A stretch of DNA of 64,000 bases from an uncultured Pelagibacteraceae bacterium. GTDB taxonomy: Bacteria > Pseudomonadota > Alphaproteobacteria > Pelagibacterales > Pelagibacteraceae. The notes beneath the pieces were generated by a model. It did no database searches, was not told the origin of the DNA, and saw nothing but the letters and a program-made list of their open reading frames with translations. The stretch covers positions 40,835 to 104,834 of the forward strand of contig CAJQRF010000011.1 in assembly GCA_905612235.1 (NCBI GenBank), read 5' to 3'. Position 1 is the stretch's first letter. Each line of letters starts with the position of its first letter. The translations under genes and the position numbers were made by a program. Of this stretch, positions 39,289-49,173 are shown piece by piece.

Positions 39289-40404
39289 TTAAAACAAACC
39301 TAAGGATTTCAAATCATTAAAAGTCACAAAAAACATTAAAGAAAACAGTAAAAAAAGACCGATTCGAAAAAAACCTTCTTGGGTTTTTTGACTTAAAGGT
39401 CTGCCGAGGAGTTTCTCAAAAAAATAAAACATTAAATGACCGCCATCTAACATTGGAATTGGAAACAAATTTACTAAACCTAAGCTTATTGAAATATATG
39501 CCATTATACTAAAAAAGGGCAAAATTCCATATTCAGCTACTTGTCCAGTTAATTTTGCTATTTTTATAGGGCCACCTAGCTGGGAAGTGTCCGCTGCGCC
39601 AATAATCATTTTTCCAAGGTAATTTAATGAAGTTGTAGTAACAAACCAAACCTCTTTTAATGAATAGTATATTGATTTGCTGAAGCTAAGAGATTCCTTC
39701 TTAAATTCATTATTTAAGGGAGATAATTTAATACCAACAATTCTTTTATTAACCGCGTTTCCAAACGAATCTTCTCCTGCAACTAAATTTGGTTTAACCA
39801 AAATTGAAATCTCTTGCTTGTTTCTGAGTAATAAAAAATTTATTTTTTCGGTAGTGGATATATTAATAAATGTGGAGACTTCCAATATACTTTCGACCTT
39901 TCTGCCATTAATAGAAATAATTTTATCATTTTTTTTCATTCCTGCTGAAAAAGCTGGACTATTTGGTTGAACTTCTGTGATTACTGCTGGAGTCATGTCT
40001 TTCCCAGCAATCATATTTATTGCAAAAAAAATTAGAATAGCCAATACAAAGTTTGCTAAAGGGCCAGCAAAAACAATTAAAGATCTTTGGTATAGCGGTT
40101 TTAATATAAATAATTTATTTCTATCTTCATCACTGTATTTTCTTATTTCTTCTTGCTGTTCCGCTTGACTAAAAACGTTTCTATCACCAAAGAATTTTAC
40201 ATATCCTCCTAATGGAATCCAGCAAAATTTCCAACGAGTGCCATATTTATCATTCCAACCAAAAATTTCTCTTCCAAAGCCTATAGAAAAATCAGTTATT
40301 CCAACGCCATATTTTTTTGCAAAATAATAGTGTCCATATTCATGAATAAACACCACTATTGTTATCAATACAAAAAAAGGTACTACGTAATTTATTATTC
40401 CCAT
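39289..40404 (-). CDS. rseP: RIP metalloprotease RseP
   Basis: HEYGH, AGPLAN, a PDZ domain and NLFPIPMLDGG. Confidence 0.96.
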   Translation of the reverse strand: MGIINYVVPFFVLITIVVFIHEYGHYYFAKKYGVGITDFSIGFGREIFGWNDKYGTRWKFCWIPLGGYVKFFGDRNVFSQAEQQEEIRKYSDEDRNKLFILKPLYQRSLIVFAGPLANFVLAILIFFAINMIAGKDMTPAVITEVQPNSPAFSAGMKKNDKIISINGRKVESILEVSTFINISTTEKINFLLLRNKQEISILVKPNLVAGEDSFGNAVNKRIVGIKLSPLNNEFKKESLSFSKSIYYSLKEVWFVTTTSLNYLGKMIIGAADTSQLGGPIKIAKLTGQVAEYGILPFFSIMAYISISLGLVNLFPIPMLDGGHLMFYFFEKLLGRPLSQKTQEGFFRIGLFLLFSLMFFVTFNDLKSLGLF

Positions 40405-41072
40405 GGTCCTTTCACAATTTTATTTTTTTTTTTATTAAAAAATAATATCAAAATTATCCCAGATATAAAACCACCAATATGGGCTGCATAAGCAACGCCG
40501 CCTCCACTTGAAAAAAATTGAAGAATAAACCAAAAACCTAAAACATATAAAGCTCTTATTTTAATAAGTTGACTAAAAAAACCAAAGGGAATTAAAACTA
40601 GTACTTTGGCATTAGGATGATTAATTAAATAAGCTCCGAGCACCCCACCAATGGCACCACTTGCTCCCACCATTGGAATTTGGGAGTGTGTATCCATAAA
40701 AACCTGGGTCATTGCAGCACCAACACCAGAAAGTATATAGAATAATAAAAATTTTTTTGGTCCTAAATTGTCTTCAATATTGTCTGCAAAAATCCACATA
40801 TAAAGCATATTTCCAATTAAATGCATAAATCCTCCATGCATAAACATAGAGGTAAAAATAGTTATATAACCAGGCGCCGCATAAAGATCTAAAGGTAACT
40901 GTTTATGACCCATCAATACAGATGGGATCAATCCATAAGAATAAAAAAGCTGTCCACTTTTGTAGCTTACGGTGCTAAATTGCAATAAAAAGACTAAGAT
41001 ACATAAACCAATTATAAAATAAGTTATAATTGGTTGGTTTGAAGTTGGATTGTCATCTTTTAAAGGAATCAT
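40395..41072 (-). CDS. rhomboid family serine protease
   Basis: HGGFMHLIGNM, GASGA and AHIGG motifs. Confidence 0.95.
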   Translation of the reverse strand: MIPLKDDNPTSNQPIITYFIIGLCILVFLLQFSTVSYKSGQLFYSYGLIPSVLMGHKQLPLDLYAAPGYITIFTSMFMHGGFMHLIGNMLYMWIFADNIEDNLGPKKFLLFYILSGVGAAMTQVFMDTHSQIPMVGASGAIGGVLGAYLINHPNAKVLVLIPFGFFSQLIKIRALYVLGFWFILQFFSSGGGVAYAAHIGGFISGIILILFFNKKKNKIVKGPWE

Positions 41073-42504
41073 TACTCATTATAGCAATTGCTGGCCCAAC
41101 TGTTGCCACTAAAAAAGAAAGAAAGAGCAAAGATTTAGAAACAAATGAAGGAAATAGGTCTGCAGACAATAAAAAACCTACCAACAAACTTTTTGAAAAG
41201 TCTGGGACTGGAAACAGAAGAAAGCCACCTATTAAACCAAAAATTATGGAAATAAATGCAGTTTTTTCATTTAACTGTTTATTATAAAAACTATAAAATA
41301 CTGCAAAAACAAAAGCGCAACAAAATAAATCTGCCAACAGAAATAAATATAAAACACTAAATCCTTTTGATGATATGACAAAAGCTATAATAGACAAAAC
41401 TATTACGAAATATCTTGATAATTTTAAATAATTTTGTTTATGCGAAAGTCCCAACGTAGCTTTAGCATCAACTATAACTAAGCTTGATATAGCATTAACT
41501 AAAGTATCTACTGTACTAATTGTCAGTGAAAGTCCTAAAGTTATAATTATTATAGATAACAATTCTGTTTGGTCTTTTAACAATAAAGAAAAAAAACTTA
41601 AATCTGGAATTACTTTAGGATTTATTGATACAGCTACTAAACCACTAAATCCCATAAAGAAAACGATTGGGATTATTACTATAAAAGAAACTATTAAGCT
41701 TTTTTTTAAAATTCTATTATTTTTTGCAGCATAAATTCTTTGCCAGTTTCCCTGATGAAAGAGATTGGTCGCAGCTACAGCAATAAAAAAAGTCAATCCC
41801 GCCGTATAGTTTGGTAAATAACTACCACTTAATAATAGAGGGTTTTTTTGACTTATAAACTCCAAAGAAAATTGATTGCCTACGAATGAATACAAATAAA
41901 AAATGGAAATTAAAAGTAAAATTAAAATTACCCCTAATTGTATGGTGTCTGTAAAAATTGAAACCTTCAATCCGCCATAAAGTGTATATGTTACGGTAGT
42001 AATTAATACCACAAAAGATGTTATCCATAAAGCTGTTCCAGAAATATAATTTATTAACATAGCAACAGCAGTAACTTCAGCGCACAAAAATATGAACATA
42101 TAAAATATACTCATAATTAAAATTAATTTAAATAAATTCTTTCTGAATTTTTTTCTTAGAAATTCAACTAAAGTAGATCCCTTAGGAAATTCTTTTCTTA
42201 TTTTTTTTCCAAAAAATATCAAAAGTATCATGGGAAAAGCTGTTCCGATGGAATAACCTACTACTGCTCCTATTCCTCCCCATGTTGCTGCAGAGGCTGG
42301 CCCAAATAAAATCCAGGCTCCAAGAGATGAGGCTATAAAACTTGCTGAAAGTGAAAAAGAACCCACACTTCTATTTGCTATTAAATAATTTTCAAGATCT
42401 TGGTATTTTTTAGAATAAACCAATCCCAAAAGTGTAAAAATTAAACTAATTACTATAACTAGAGTTAATGATGTTGATTGGTTGATAAAGTATGTTTTAT
42501 CCAT
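41053..42504 (-). CDS. thiV: sodium:solute symporter, ThiV-like thiamine-precursor transporter
   Basis: SSS-family TM pattern (YTLYGGLKVSIFTD, WQRIYAA) directly downstream of a TPP riboswitch. Confidence 0.75.
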   Translation of the reverse strand: MDKTYFINQSTSLTLVIVISLIFTLLGLVYSKKYQDLENYLIANRSVGSFSLSASFIASSLGAWILFGPASAATWGGIGAVVGYSIGTAFPMILLIFFGKKIRKEFPKGSTLVEFLRKKFRKNLFKLILIMSIFYMFIFLCAEVTAVAMLINYISGTALWITSFVVLITTVTYTLYGGLKVSIFTDTIQLGVILILLLISIFYLYSFVGNQFSLEFISQKNPLLLSGSYLPNYTAGLTFFIAVAATNLFHQGNWQRIYAAKNNRILKKSLIVSFIVIIPIVFFMGFSGLVAVSINPKVIPDLSFFSLLLKDQTELLSIIIITLGLSLTISTVDTLVNAISSLVIVDAKATLGLSHKQNYLKLSRYFVIVLSIIAFVISSKGFSVLYLFLLADLFCCAFVFAVFYSFYNKQLNEKTAFISIIFGLIGGFLLFPVPDFSKSLLVGFLLSADLFPSFVSKSLLFLSFLVATVGPAIAIMSNDSFKR

Positions 42505-42507
42505 TGT

Positions 42508-42574
42508 TCTCCCTTTCTGAATTACCGGACAGGTTATTAGGGTATAATCTCAGTCACTATTGACACCCCTGATT
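42508..42574 (-). promoter_or_regulatory. TPP riboswitch (compact variant)
   Basis: Minus strand reads CAGGGGTGTC...GACTGAGA..ATACCC..AACCTG..GGTAAT...AGGGAG; the 3' end doubles as the RBS. Confidence 0.85.
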
Positions 42575-42598
42575 ATTTAAAAATATATTAGTATAAAA

Positions 42599-43657
42599 TT
42601 AAAAGCAAACTATATGGTCAATGTTAATTGGTCTTTTTATGCCAAATTTCTCATCAACTTCATGTTGATGTATGTGGTGTGAATGAACAAAAACTGGAAT
42701 TAGTAAATTGCTTAAAGTTTTTAGCGTATAAATAAAATTAGTACCTCGAAACTTTCTATCAACAACTTCTAATTTTAAATTGCTTTTATCATCATGCTCT
42801 AAATCTTCTGGTTGCAATAAAAGTTGAACATCTGAACCTTTTGGATAGTGTTTAATGAAATTGCCTTTAATAGTTCCTAAATCGTTATTTTCCAAAGTAT
42901 TTTCACCAGTTACTTTAGCTGGTATCAAAATACCTCTATTTAAAAAATTAACAACTTCTACAGAATTAGGAAAATGGTATACGTTGTATGGATCGTCATA
43001 TTGTCTAAGCTGACCATTTAAAATAATTCCACATTTTGAACCTAAATAAAAAGCTTCGTAAGAATCGTGAGTTACAATGATTGTTGTTATTTTTAATTCA
43101 TTTAAAATCTTTTTTAATTTAACCTGAATTTCTTCTTTAAAGTTTTGATCGACATTTGACAAAGGTTCGTCTAATAATAGTAAATCTGGTTTAGAAAGTA
43201 GAGATCTTGCTAATGATGCTCTTTGAGCTTCACCAGAACTAATTTCGTGTGGAAACTTATCTACAATATGCTCTAAATGAAGAAATTTTACTACTTCCTC
43301 AATGGTTAAGTTTTTTTCTTTTGTTTTATTCCTTGCTGCTCCAAATTTAATATTTTCGATTACATTGTAGTGTGGAAATAAACAATTATCCTGAAACGAG
43401 AGTGAAATATTTCTTTTTTCAGGTTCAATATGAATATCTTTAGAAGATATAATTTTATTTTTTAAAAAAATTTTTCCTGATTGAACTTTTTCAAGACCGG
43501 CAATAGTTCGCAAAATTGTTGTTTTTCCAATTCCTGATGGCCCTAATAAACAAATAACATCTCCTTCATTTTCAATATTTAAAGAAACATTGCTGACTTT
43601 ATTTTTTTCGCTTGCAGCAAATGTAACATTATTAATTTCTAGAAAGTTTACAGACAT
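42599..43657 (-). CDS. fbpC: Fe3+ ABC transporter ATP-binding protein
   Basis: GPSGIGKT, ISSGEAQR and LLLDEP; in the fbp operon. Confidence 0.88.
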   Translation of the reverse strand: MSVNFLEINNVTFAASEKNKVSNVSLNIENEGDVICLLGPSGIGKTTILRTIAGLEKVQSGKIFLKNKIISSKDIHIEPEKRNISLSFQDNCLFPHYNVIENIKFGAARNKTKEKNLTIEEVVKFLHLEHIVDKFPHEISSGEAQRASLARSLLSKPDLLLLDEPLSNVDQNFKEEIQVKLKKILNELKITTIIVTHDSYEAFYLGSKCGIILNGQLRQYDDPYNVYHFPNSVEVVNFLNRGILIPAKVTGENTLENNDLGTIKGNFIKHYPKGSDVQLLLQPEDLEHDDKSNLKLEVVDRKFRGTNFIYTLKTLSNLLIPVFVHSHHIHQHEVDEKFGIKRPINIDHIVCF

Positions 43658-43662
43658 AAAAT

Positions 43663-45297
43663 TTAATCTTTAAGGATATACTTAGATGTAAATAAAATAA
43701 AGACACTTGCTATAAGAATAAGAAATAAAGAGGGCGCTGCGGCAGCTTCTAATAGGTCTTGGGAAGCAAAAATGTACGCAGTAGTGGCAAAAGTTTCAAA
43801 ATTAAAAGGTCTCATAATAAGAGTAATAGGCAATTCTTTTATAATTTCAATTGCAATTAATACACCAATTAAAAGAATTGAATTTTTTAAATATGGAATA
43901 TGTATTTTAGTAAAGGTTTTAAATTTTGAGTACCCAAGTAAGTAGGAACTTTCATCTATAGAATAATTAATTTTCAAGTATCCTGATTTAATTCCATTAC
44001 AAGCTAATGAATAAAATCTGATAAAATAAACAAGAACTAAACCTAAAATTGAACCTATAAAAATAGGTTTAATAGTATCAAGTTCTAAAAAATTTATTAT
44101 TCTATTATCAAGCCATGAAATAAAAGTTATAAAAGCAACAGCAAGGATAATTCCTGGTATTGCATAACCAGAAACTGAAAAAGCAGTTAAAGATTCCAGA
44201 ATTTTGCTTTTAGAAACTCTATTTCCATAATTTGAAATAAAAGCTAAAGATATTAATAAACAGCATGATACAAATACTAATAATATAGTGTTAAAAAATA
44301 ACTCCAATATATTTAAATCAATAAAATGTTTTGGGAAAATGATGGTCCAGTAAAGCATTTGAAGAACTGGAAATATAAAACTTAAAAAAAATACAACAAA
44401 ACAGAATGAAAAAGCTAAATATGATTTATGACCTTTTAAAATTATTGGAGATTTTGACTTAAACCCACCCTTTGTAGGAGAGTGGTATTGTGCTTTTTTT
44501 CTAGAAAAATTTTCAAGCATAAATAAACCTAAAATAAAAATAAGTAAATAAAACGAAAGTCTATTAGCTAAAGTGAGATCATCAAATGAAATCCACGCAT
44601 TATATATTCCTGTTGTTAAAGTTGATAAACCAAAAAAAGAAACAGATCCAAAATCAGAAAGTGTCTCCATGGCAACCAAAGAAAGTCCGGCAGCAATTGC
44701 AGGTCTAGCTGATGGTAGGATAATTTTAAAAAATGATTTTCTTCTTGAAAATCCAAGATTTTTCCCTAATTCAATTAAATTTTGTGATTGGTAATGAAAT
44801 GATGCCCTAGTCAGTACATAAACATATCCAAATAATGAGAATGAAATTGAAATAATGGCTCCCAACATTCCATCAAATTTAGGAATAAATGAATTATAAT
44901 TTCCTTCACCAAATAAATTTTTTAATATTGAAAAAGCCGTGCCAAAATTTTCAAAAAAAGCAGTTAATGAGTAAGCATATATATAAGCAGGTATGGCGAA
45001 TGATAAGATTAAAGCCCATTTAAAAAAATTTACTCCAGGAAATTTGTAAAAAGAAACTATATAAGCGCAGCCTACGCCAATAACAAATGTTAAGGTCAAC
45101 ACTCCTATTAAAAGAAATAGTGAATTAAAAATATAGTCATATAGAAATGTATCTTTTATAATAGAAGAGTAATTGCTCGTAGCATCAAAAAAACTAGTAA
45201 AAACTGTTATGATGGGTATTGCTACAATTAGTGATATTAAAAAAGAACTAATATACCAAATATTGATTTTCTTAAATTCCATACTTAATACCTTCAA
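43663..45297 (-). CDS. fbpB: Fe3+ ABC transporter permease
   Basis: Two ABC TM domains (METLSDFG, KELPITLIMRPFNFET); start is TTG 45297 or ATG 45282. Confidence 0.92.
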   Translation of the reverse strand: MKVLSMEFKKINIWYISSFLISLIVAIPIITVFTSFFDATSNYSSIIKDTFLYDYIFNSLFLLIGVLTLTFVIGVGCAYIVSFYKFPGVNFFKWALILSFAIPAYIYAYSLTAFFENFGTAFSILKNLFGEGNYNSFIPKFDGMLGAIISISFSLFGYVYVLTRASFHYQSQNLIELGKNLGFSRRKSFFKIILPSARPAIAAGLSLVAMETLSDFGSVSFFGLSTLTTGIYNAWISFDDLTLANRLSFYLLIFILGLFMLENFSRKKAQYHSPTKGGFKSKSPIILKGHKSYLAFSFCFVVFFLSFIFPVLQMLYWTIIFPKHFIDLNILELFFNTILLVFVSCCLLISLAFISNYGNRVSKSKILESLTAFSVSGYAIPGIILAVAFITFISWLDNRIINFLELDTIKPIFIGSILGLVLVYFIRFYSLACNGIKSGYLKINYSIDESSYLLGYSKFKTFTKIHIPYLKNSILLIGVLIAIEIIKELPITLIMRPFNFETFATTAYIFASQDLLEAAAAPSLFLILIASVFILFTSKYILKD

Positions 45298-45382
45298 TCA
45301 CTGTATAACTCCTTATTTTTTAATTCAAATAATATGCTTACCAGCTATTCCTCTAAGTAGTTTGGTAAGTATATTATAAAAA

Positions 45383-45647
45383 CTACCGACTAAGAGGAAA
45401 CGAAAATTTTATAAGTTTCTTCATTTCTTTATTGCTAACAGTTGATAGTCTTCTCCCATTTATTTTATTGTTAACTTTTTTACATGCATCCATGCAGGGA
45501 TTGCACGATTTTGCAGACTTATGCAGTCAACATTAAATAAAATTTTTAATTTTTTTTTAATAACTTCATGCATAATTATCATTCCATTTATATCTTTAAT
45601 TTTTTTTAATCTTGCTCTTTGTTTAATTTTATCTATTCTTAATTTAT
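45383..45647 (-). pseudogene. possible disrupted small Cys-containing gene between fbpA and fbpB
   Basis: Two adjacent open frames, ...LRIDKIKQRARLKKIKD...FNVD and LHKSAKSCNPCMDACKK...FPLSR*, join with one added base; no intact start codon at the 5' end. Confidence 0.35.
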
Positions 45648-45652
45648 TTTTT

Positions 45653-45682
45653 CCCCTTTACTGTCAAAAGTTAGTAAAGGGG
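45653..45682. other. stem-loop downstream of fbpA
   Basis: CCCCTTTACT...AGTAAAGGGG inverted repeat; no U-tract on the coding strand, so more likely a stabilizer or attenuator than a terminator. Confidence 0.55.
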
Positions 45683-45747
45683 CATTATTTTTATATTCAA
45701 ATTCTAATATTTTATTTTTATTATATTTGAACATTCTTACTTAATAA

Positions 45748-46770
45748 TTACTTCCATTTAGCTGCCAACATTACTTCTAATGCGTCAGCTTGTTTTTTTC
45801 CATAAGAAGAGACTTTAGTTTTAAGATCTTGTTTAAATCCTAAGCCCATTTTAGCTAACAATTCGTGAGGCTTAACACCATCAATCATTGGATATTCAAA
45901 TGTATTATTAACTATATGTTCTTGGGCTTCTTTAGTTACCAAAAACTCAAGAAGTTTAATTGCATTAGCTTTATTAGGAGCGTATTTTAATATTCCACCT
46001 CCACTAATATTCATATGAGTTCCTCTTCCATCTTGATTAGGGAAAAATGGCTTAACTTTTTTAGCTGCTGCTTGTTGTTCTGCTCCTTTTTGTCCAGATA
46101 ACATCAAAGCTAAATAATATGTATTAGCTACCGCTAAATCTGCCTCGCCGGCTGCTACAGCTAAAATCTGAGCTCTATCATTGCCTTTCGAATCTCTAGC
46201 CATATTAGCAACTACTTCTTTTGCCCATGCTGCGGTTGCCTTTTTGCCGTTATTTTCAATTAACGACGCTACTAATGATTGATTATAAACATTATTTGAT
46301 TTTCTTATTACAATTTTGCCTTTCCATTTAGGTTTGGCCAAATCTTCATAAGTCATTCCTTTAAGATCGTTTGAACTTACTCTTTCTGGAGAATAGTAAA
46401 TTATTCTTGCTCTCTTAGCTATTCCAGTCCAATAGGCTGTCCTAAAATTTGAGGGCACCACTGCTTTTATAGCTTTAGAACTTGCTCCTCTTTGAAACAT
46501 TCCTTTTGATTGAAAAGCTCCTAATCTTCCTGCATCTGCTGTTATATAAAGATCAACTTTTGAATCTTTTCCTTCTTCAGTTATTCTTTTTTGAAGAGCC
46601 TTATCTTTTCCTGATACAATATTTACTTTAATTCCAGTTTTTGCAGTAAATTTTTCATAAAGCTGAACGTCAGAATCATAATGTCTTGCGCTAAAAACAT
46701 TGACCTCGTTAGCAATAGATACTGCTGATAATGAAAATAAAATTGTTAATATTAATGTTATTTTTTTCAT
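45748..46770 (-). CDS. fbpA: Fe3+ ABC transporter substrate-binding protein (FutA/FbpA type)
   Basis: Signal peptide; SARHY, YNQSL and NTYY Tyr ligands; GTHMNISG. Confidence 0.95.
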   Translation of the reverse strand: MKKITLILTILFSLSAVSIANEVNVFSARHYDSDVQLYEKFTAKTGIKVNIVSGKDKALQKRITEEGKDSKVDLYITADAGRLGAFQSKGMFQRGASSKAIKAVVPSNFRTAYWTGIAKRARIIYYSPERVSSNDLKGMTYEDLAKPKWKGKIVIRKSNNVYNQSLVASLIENNGKKATAAWAKEVVANMARDSKGNDRAQILAVAAGEADLAVANTYYLALMLSGQKGAEQQAAAKKVKPFFPNQDGRGTHMNISGGGILKYAPNKANAIKLLEFLVTKEAQEHIVNNTFEYPMIDGVKPHELLAKMGLGFKQDLKTKVSSYGKKQADALEVMLAAKWK

Positions 46771-46799
46771 TTTTATTTACTTATTAAAAAATTTTTTAT

Positions 46800-46840
46800 A
46801 ATGATAATAGTTATCATTTGCAATGATAATGATTATCAGT
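46800..46840. promoter_or_regulatory. tandem Fur-like boxes
   Basis: AATGATAATAGTTATCATT (46800-46818) and AATGATAATGATTATCAGT (46822-46840), 30-70 bp upstream of fbpA. Confidence 0.85.
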
Positions 46841-46923
46841 ATCAATATGTCGCAGATAGTACAACCAAAAAGTGTATATGAGCAAGTTTATTCTGTGTAT
46901 ATGATTAGTTGTATAGGTATTTT

Positions 46924-47241
46924 ATGACAGACGAAAAAACATCAATACTTTTATCTAACGTATCCATTGAAGGAGAAGTGGTGGAAAAAGATAAAATTAT
47001 AATAGACGCAAAGATAAATGGAGACGTTAAGGCTGAGGATGTAATAACTCATTCAAAGTCGAATATCTCAGGGAACATCAAATCAAAATTTGCCTCTTTG
47101 GGTGGAAAACTTAAAGGGAATGTAAATTCTGAAAAGATATATATTAAAAAAACAGCAGATATAGAGGGTGTATTAAATCAAAAAACATTATCTATACAAG
47201 AAGGCGCGCAGTTAAAAATTAAATCTGAAACTAGTAAATAA
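46924..47241 (+). CDS. bactofilin / polymer-forming cytoskeletal protein
   Basis: Repeated I-x-G-x-V/I beta-helix pattern; LSIQEGA at the end. Confidence 0.85.
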   Translation: MTDEKTSILLSNVSIEGEVVEKDKIIIDAKINGDVKAEDVITHSKSNISGNIKSKFASLGGKLKGNVNSEKIYIKKTADIEGVLNQKTLSIQEGAQLKIKSETSK

Positions 47242-47244
47242 TAA

Positions 47245-48135
47245 TTAAAATTCCCATTTTTTTATTTTACTATATAAAAAATTTCTAAACGCTATTACTC
47301 TCGCTACATTCTTAAGTGACTGAGGATAAACAAAGTGAGCTTCGGTTTTGGGTCCTTCAACTTTAGGCAATACTCTAATTATGTTTGGAACTGATACAGT
47401 TATATAGTCAGGAAGTGCTGCTAAACCTACTCCACTTTGGACAGCAAGAAGTAAACCGTAAACACTATTTACTTTCATGATAGGTTTTCTTTTCTTATCA
47501 TCTTTTGCTCCTATTTTTAAAGCCCAGTCAGGATTAAAAACTGGAGATGGCGCTCCTCTTCCGTAAGAAATAAAATTATGTTTATTTAAATCAGATAAAC
47601 TTTTGGGGTAACCAGATAGCTCTAAATACTTTGTTGAACCATAAATATGATAATTAATATCAATTAGTTTTTTTTGGATATGATTTAATTGTTTTGGACG
47701 TCTCATCCAAATTCCAATGTCTGCCTGTCGCGTACTGAGGTCAAGCTCCTTGTCATCAAAAATTAGCTCAATCTCAATTTCGGGATTAAGTTTCATAAAC
47801 TCTTGTATTCTAGGGGTAAGCCAAGTTGTGCCAAAGCTAACTACAGTAGTAACAGTAAGTTTGCCACTTGGTTTATTTTTTTTATCTATTAAAGTTGATT
47901 CTACATCTTTAAGTTTGGAAATAATTTCATGTGCTGTTTTAAAAAGATATTCTCCATTTTCTGTTAAAGATAGACCTCTGGCATGTCTCTCAAATAATTG
48001 TGTTTTTAGAGCTTGTTCTAAAGATTGAATTTGCCTACTGATTGCCGATTGACTTAAGTTTAGTATGTAAGTTGCCTTGGTAAAATTTCCCGCTTCTGCC
48101 ACGGCATGAAATATTTTAAGTTTGTCCCAATCCAT
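47245..48135 (-). CDS. LysR family transcriptional regulator
   Basis: MDWDKLKIFHAVAEAGNFTKA...SQSAISRQIQSLE HTH. Confidence 0.95.
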   Translation of the reverse strand: MDWDKLKIFHAVAEAGNFTKATYILNLSQSAISRQIQSLEQALKTQLFERHARGLSLTENGEYLFKTAHEIISKLKDVESTLIDKKNKPSGKLTVTTVVSFGTTWLTPRIQEFMKLNPEIEIELIFDDKELDLSTRQADIGIWMRRPKQLNHIQKKLIDINYHIYGSTKYLELSGYPKSLSDLNKHNFISYGRGAPSPVFNPDWALKIGAKDDKKRKPIMKVNSVYGLLLAVQSGVGLAALPDYITVSVPNIIRVLPKVEGPKTEAHFVYPQSLKNVARVIAFRNFLYSKIKKWEF

Positions 48136-48136
48136 A

Positions 48137-49138
48137 TTATTTATTTAAATCTACTAAAATTCTTCCTGAAGTTTTTCCACTTAACATTTCAGGAAAAATA
48201 TTTAACAATTCTTCTAAATTAACAGTTTTTATATTTTTTTCTAAAAGTTTAAAATCAACTAAATCTGTAACCTGTGACCAAATAAATTCTCTTCTCTTTT
48301 TGCTAATCGTAACGGAATCTATTCCCCATAATTTTACACCTCTGATTATAAAAGGCATTACTGACGTGTTAAGTTTGATTCCTCCTGCGTTCCCACATGC
48401 TGCAACTATTCCATTGGGTTTAGTTTGCGAAATTGCATTTGCCAAAACGTTGCCTCCAACTGTATCGACAACACCATCCCATAAACCTTTTCCTAGAAGT
48501 TTTGCTTCACCTTCAAATTCTTTTCTTGCAACAATATTTTTTGCACCTAGATCTTTTAAATAATTAGATTTATTCTCCTTGCCAGTCATTGCTGTAACGT
48601 TATATCCAAATTTAGAAAGCACCATTACAGCTATACTTCCAACTCCTCCCGTTGCGCCAGTTACTAATACATCATTAACTTTATCTCCTAACAATAATTC
48701 TTCTCTAGCTTTTATTGCAAAAGCACATAATAGAGATGTAAAACCTGCTGTACCAAGAATCATTGCATTTTTATTTGAAATAGCTTTAGGTTTTTTTACT
48801 AATAACTCATTTTTTACTTTTACTAGTTGTGAATAACCGCCAGGAAAGATTTCACCAACTCTACATCCGGTTAAAACAACATCATCACCAGGTTTAAAAT
48901 CATGGGTTTCACTTTCAATAACTTTTCCTGAAAAATCTATACCAGGTATATGAGGATATTCTTTAACGAGCCTTGCACCATTTTTTAAAATCAAAGCATC
49001 TTTATAATTTAAACCAGAATATTCTATTTTAACTAAAACATCTCCAGTTTTAAAAAAACTTTTGTCTAACTCTTTTATTTCTCGAGAAAATTGTTCACCT
49101 GTTTGATTTAGAACTATTGCTTTAAACTTATCAACCAT
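48137..49138 (-). CDS. acuI: acryloyl-CoA reductase AcuI / YhdH family
   Basis: YSGLNYKD, PGIDFSG, GTAGFT, TGATGGVG and PFIIRGV motifs. Confidence 0.82.
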   Translation of the reverse strand: MVDKFKAIVLNQTGEQFSREIKELDKSFFKTGDVLVKIEYSGLNYKDALILKNGARLVKEYPHIPGIDFSGKVIESETHDFKPGDDVVLTGCRVGEIFPGGYSQLVKVKNELLVKKPKAISNKNAMILGTAGFTSLLCAFAIKAREELLLGDKVNDVLVTGATGGVGSIAVMVLSKFGYNVTAMTGKENKSNYLKDLGAKNIVARKEFEGEAKLLGKGLWDGVVDTVGGNVLANAISQTKPNGIVAACGNAGGIKLNTSVMPFIIRGVKLWGIDSVTISKKRREFIWSQVTDLVDFKLLEKNIKTVNLEELLNIFPEMLSGKTSGRILVDLNK

Positions 49139-49173
49139 TTTGTAAACTTCTAAGAATATTTATTAATAAACAA

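Noticed and set aside
45521..45730. 69-aa plus-strand ORF in the iron operon gap
   Set aside because: Antisense to the operon and low-complexity; better explained as the shadow of the minus-strand frame.
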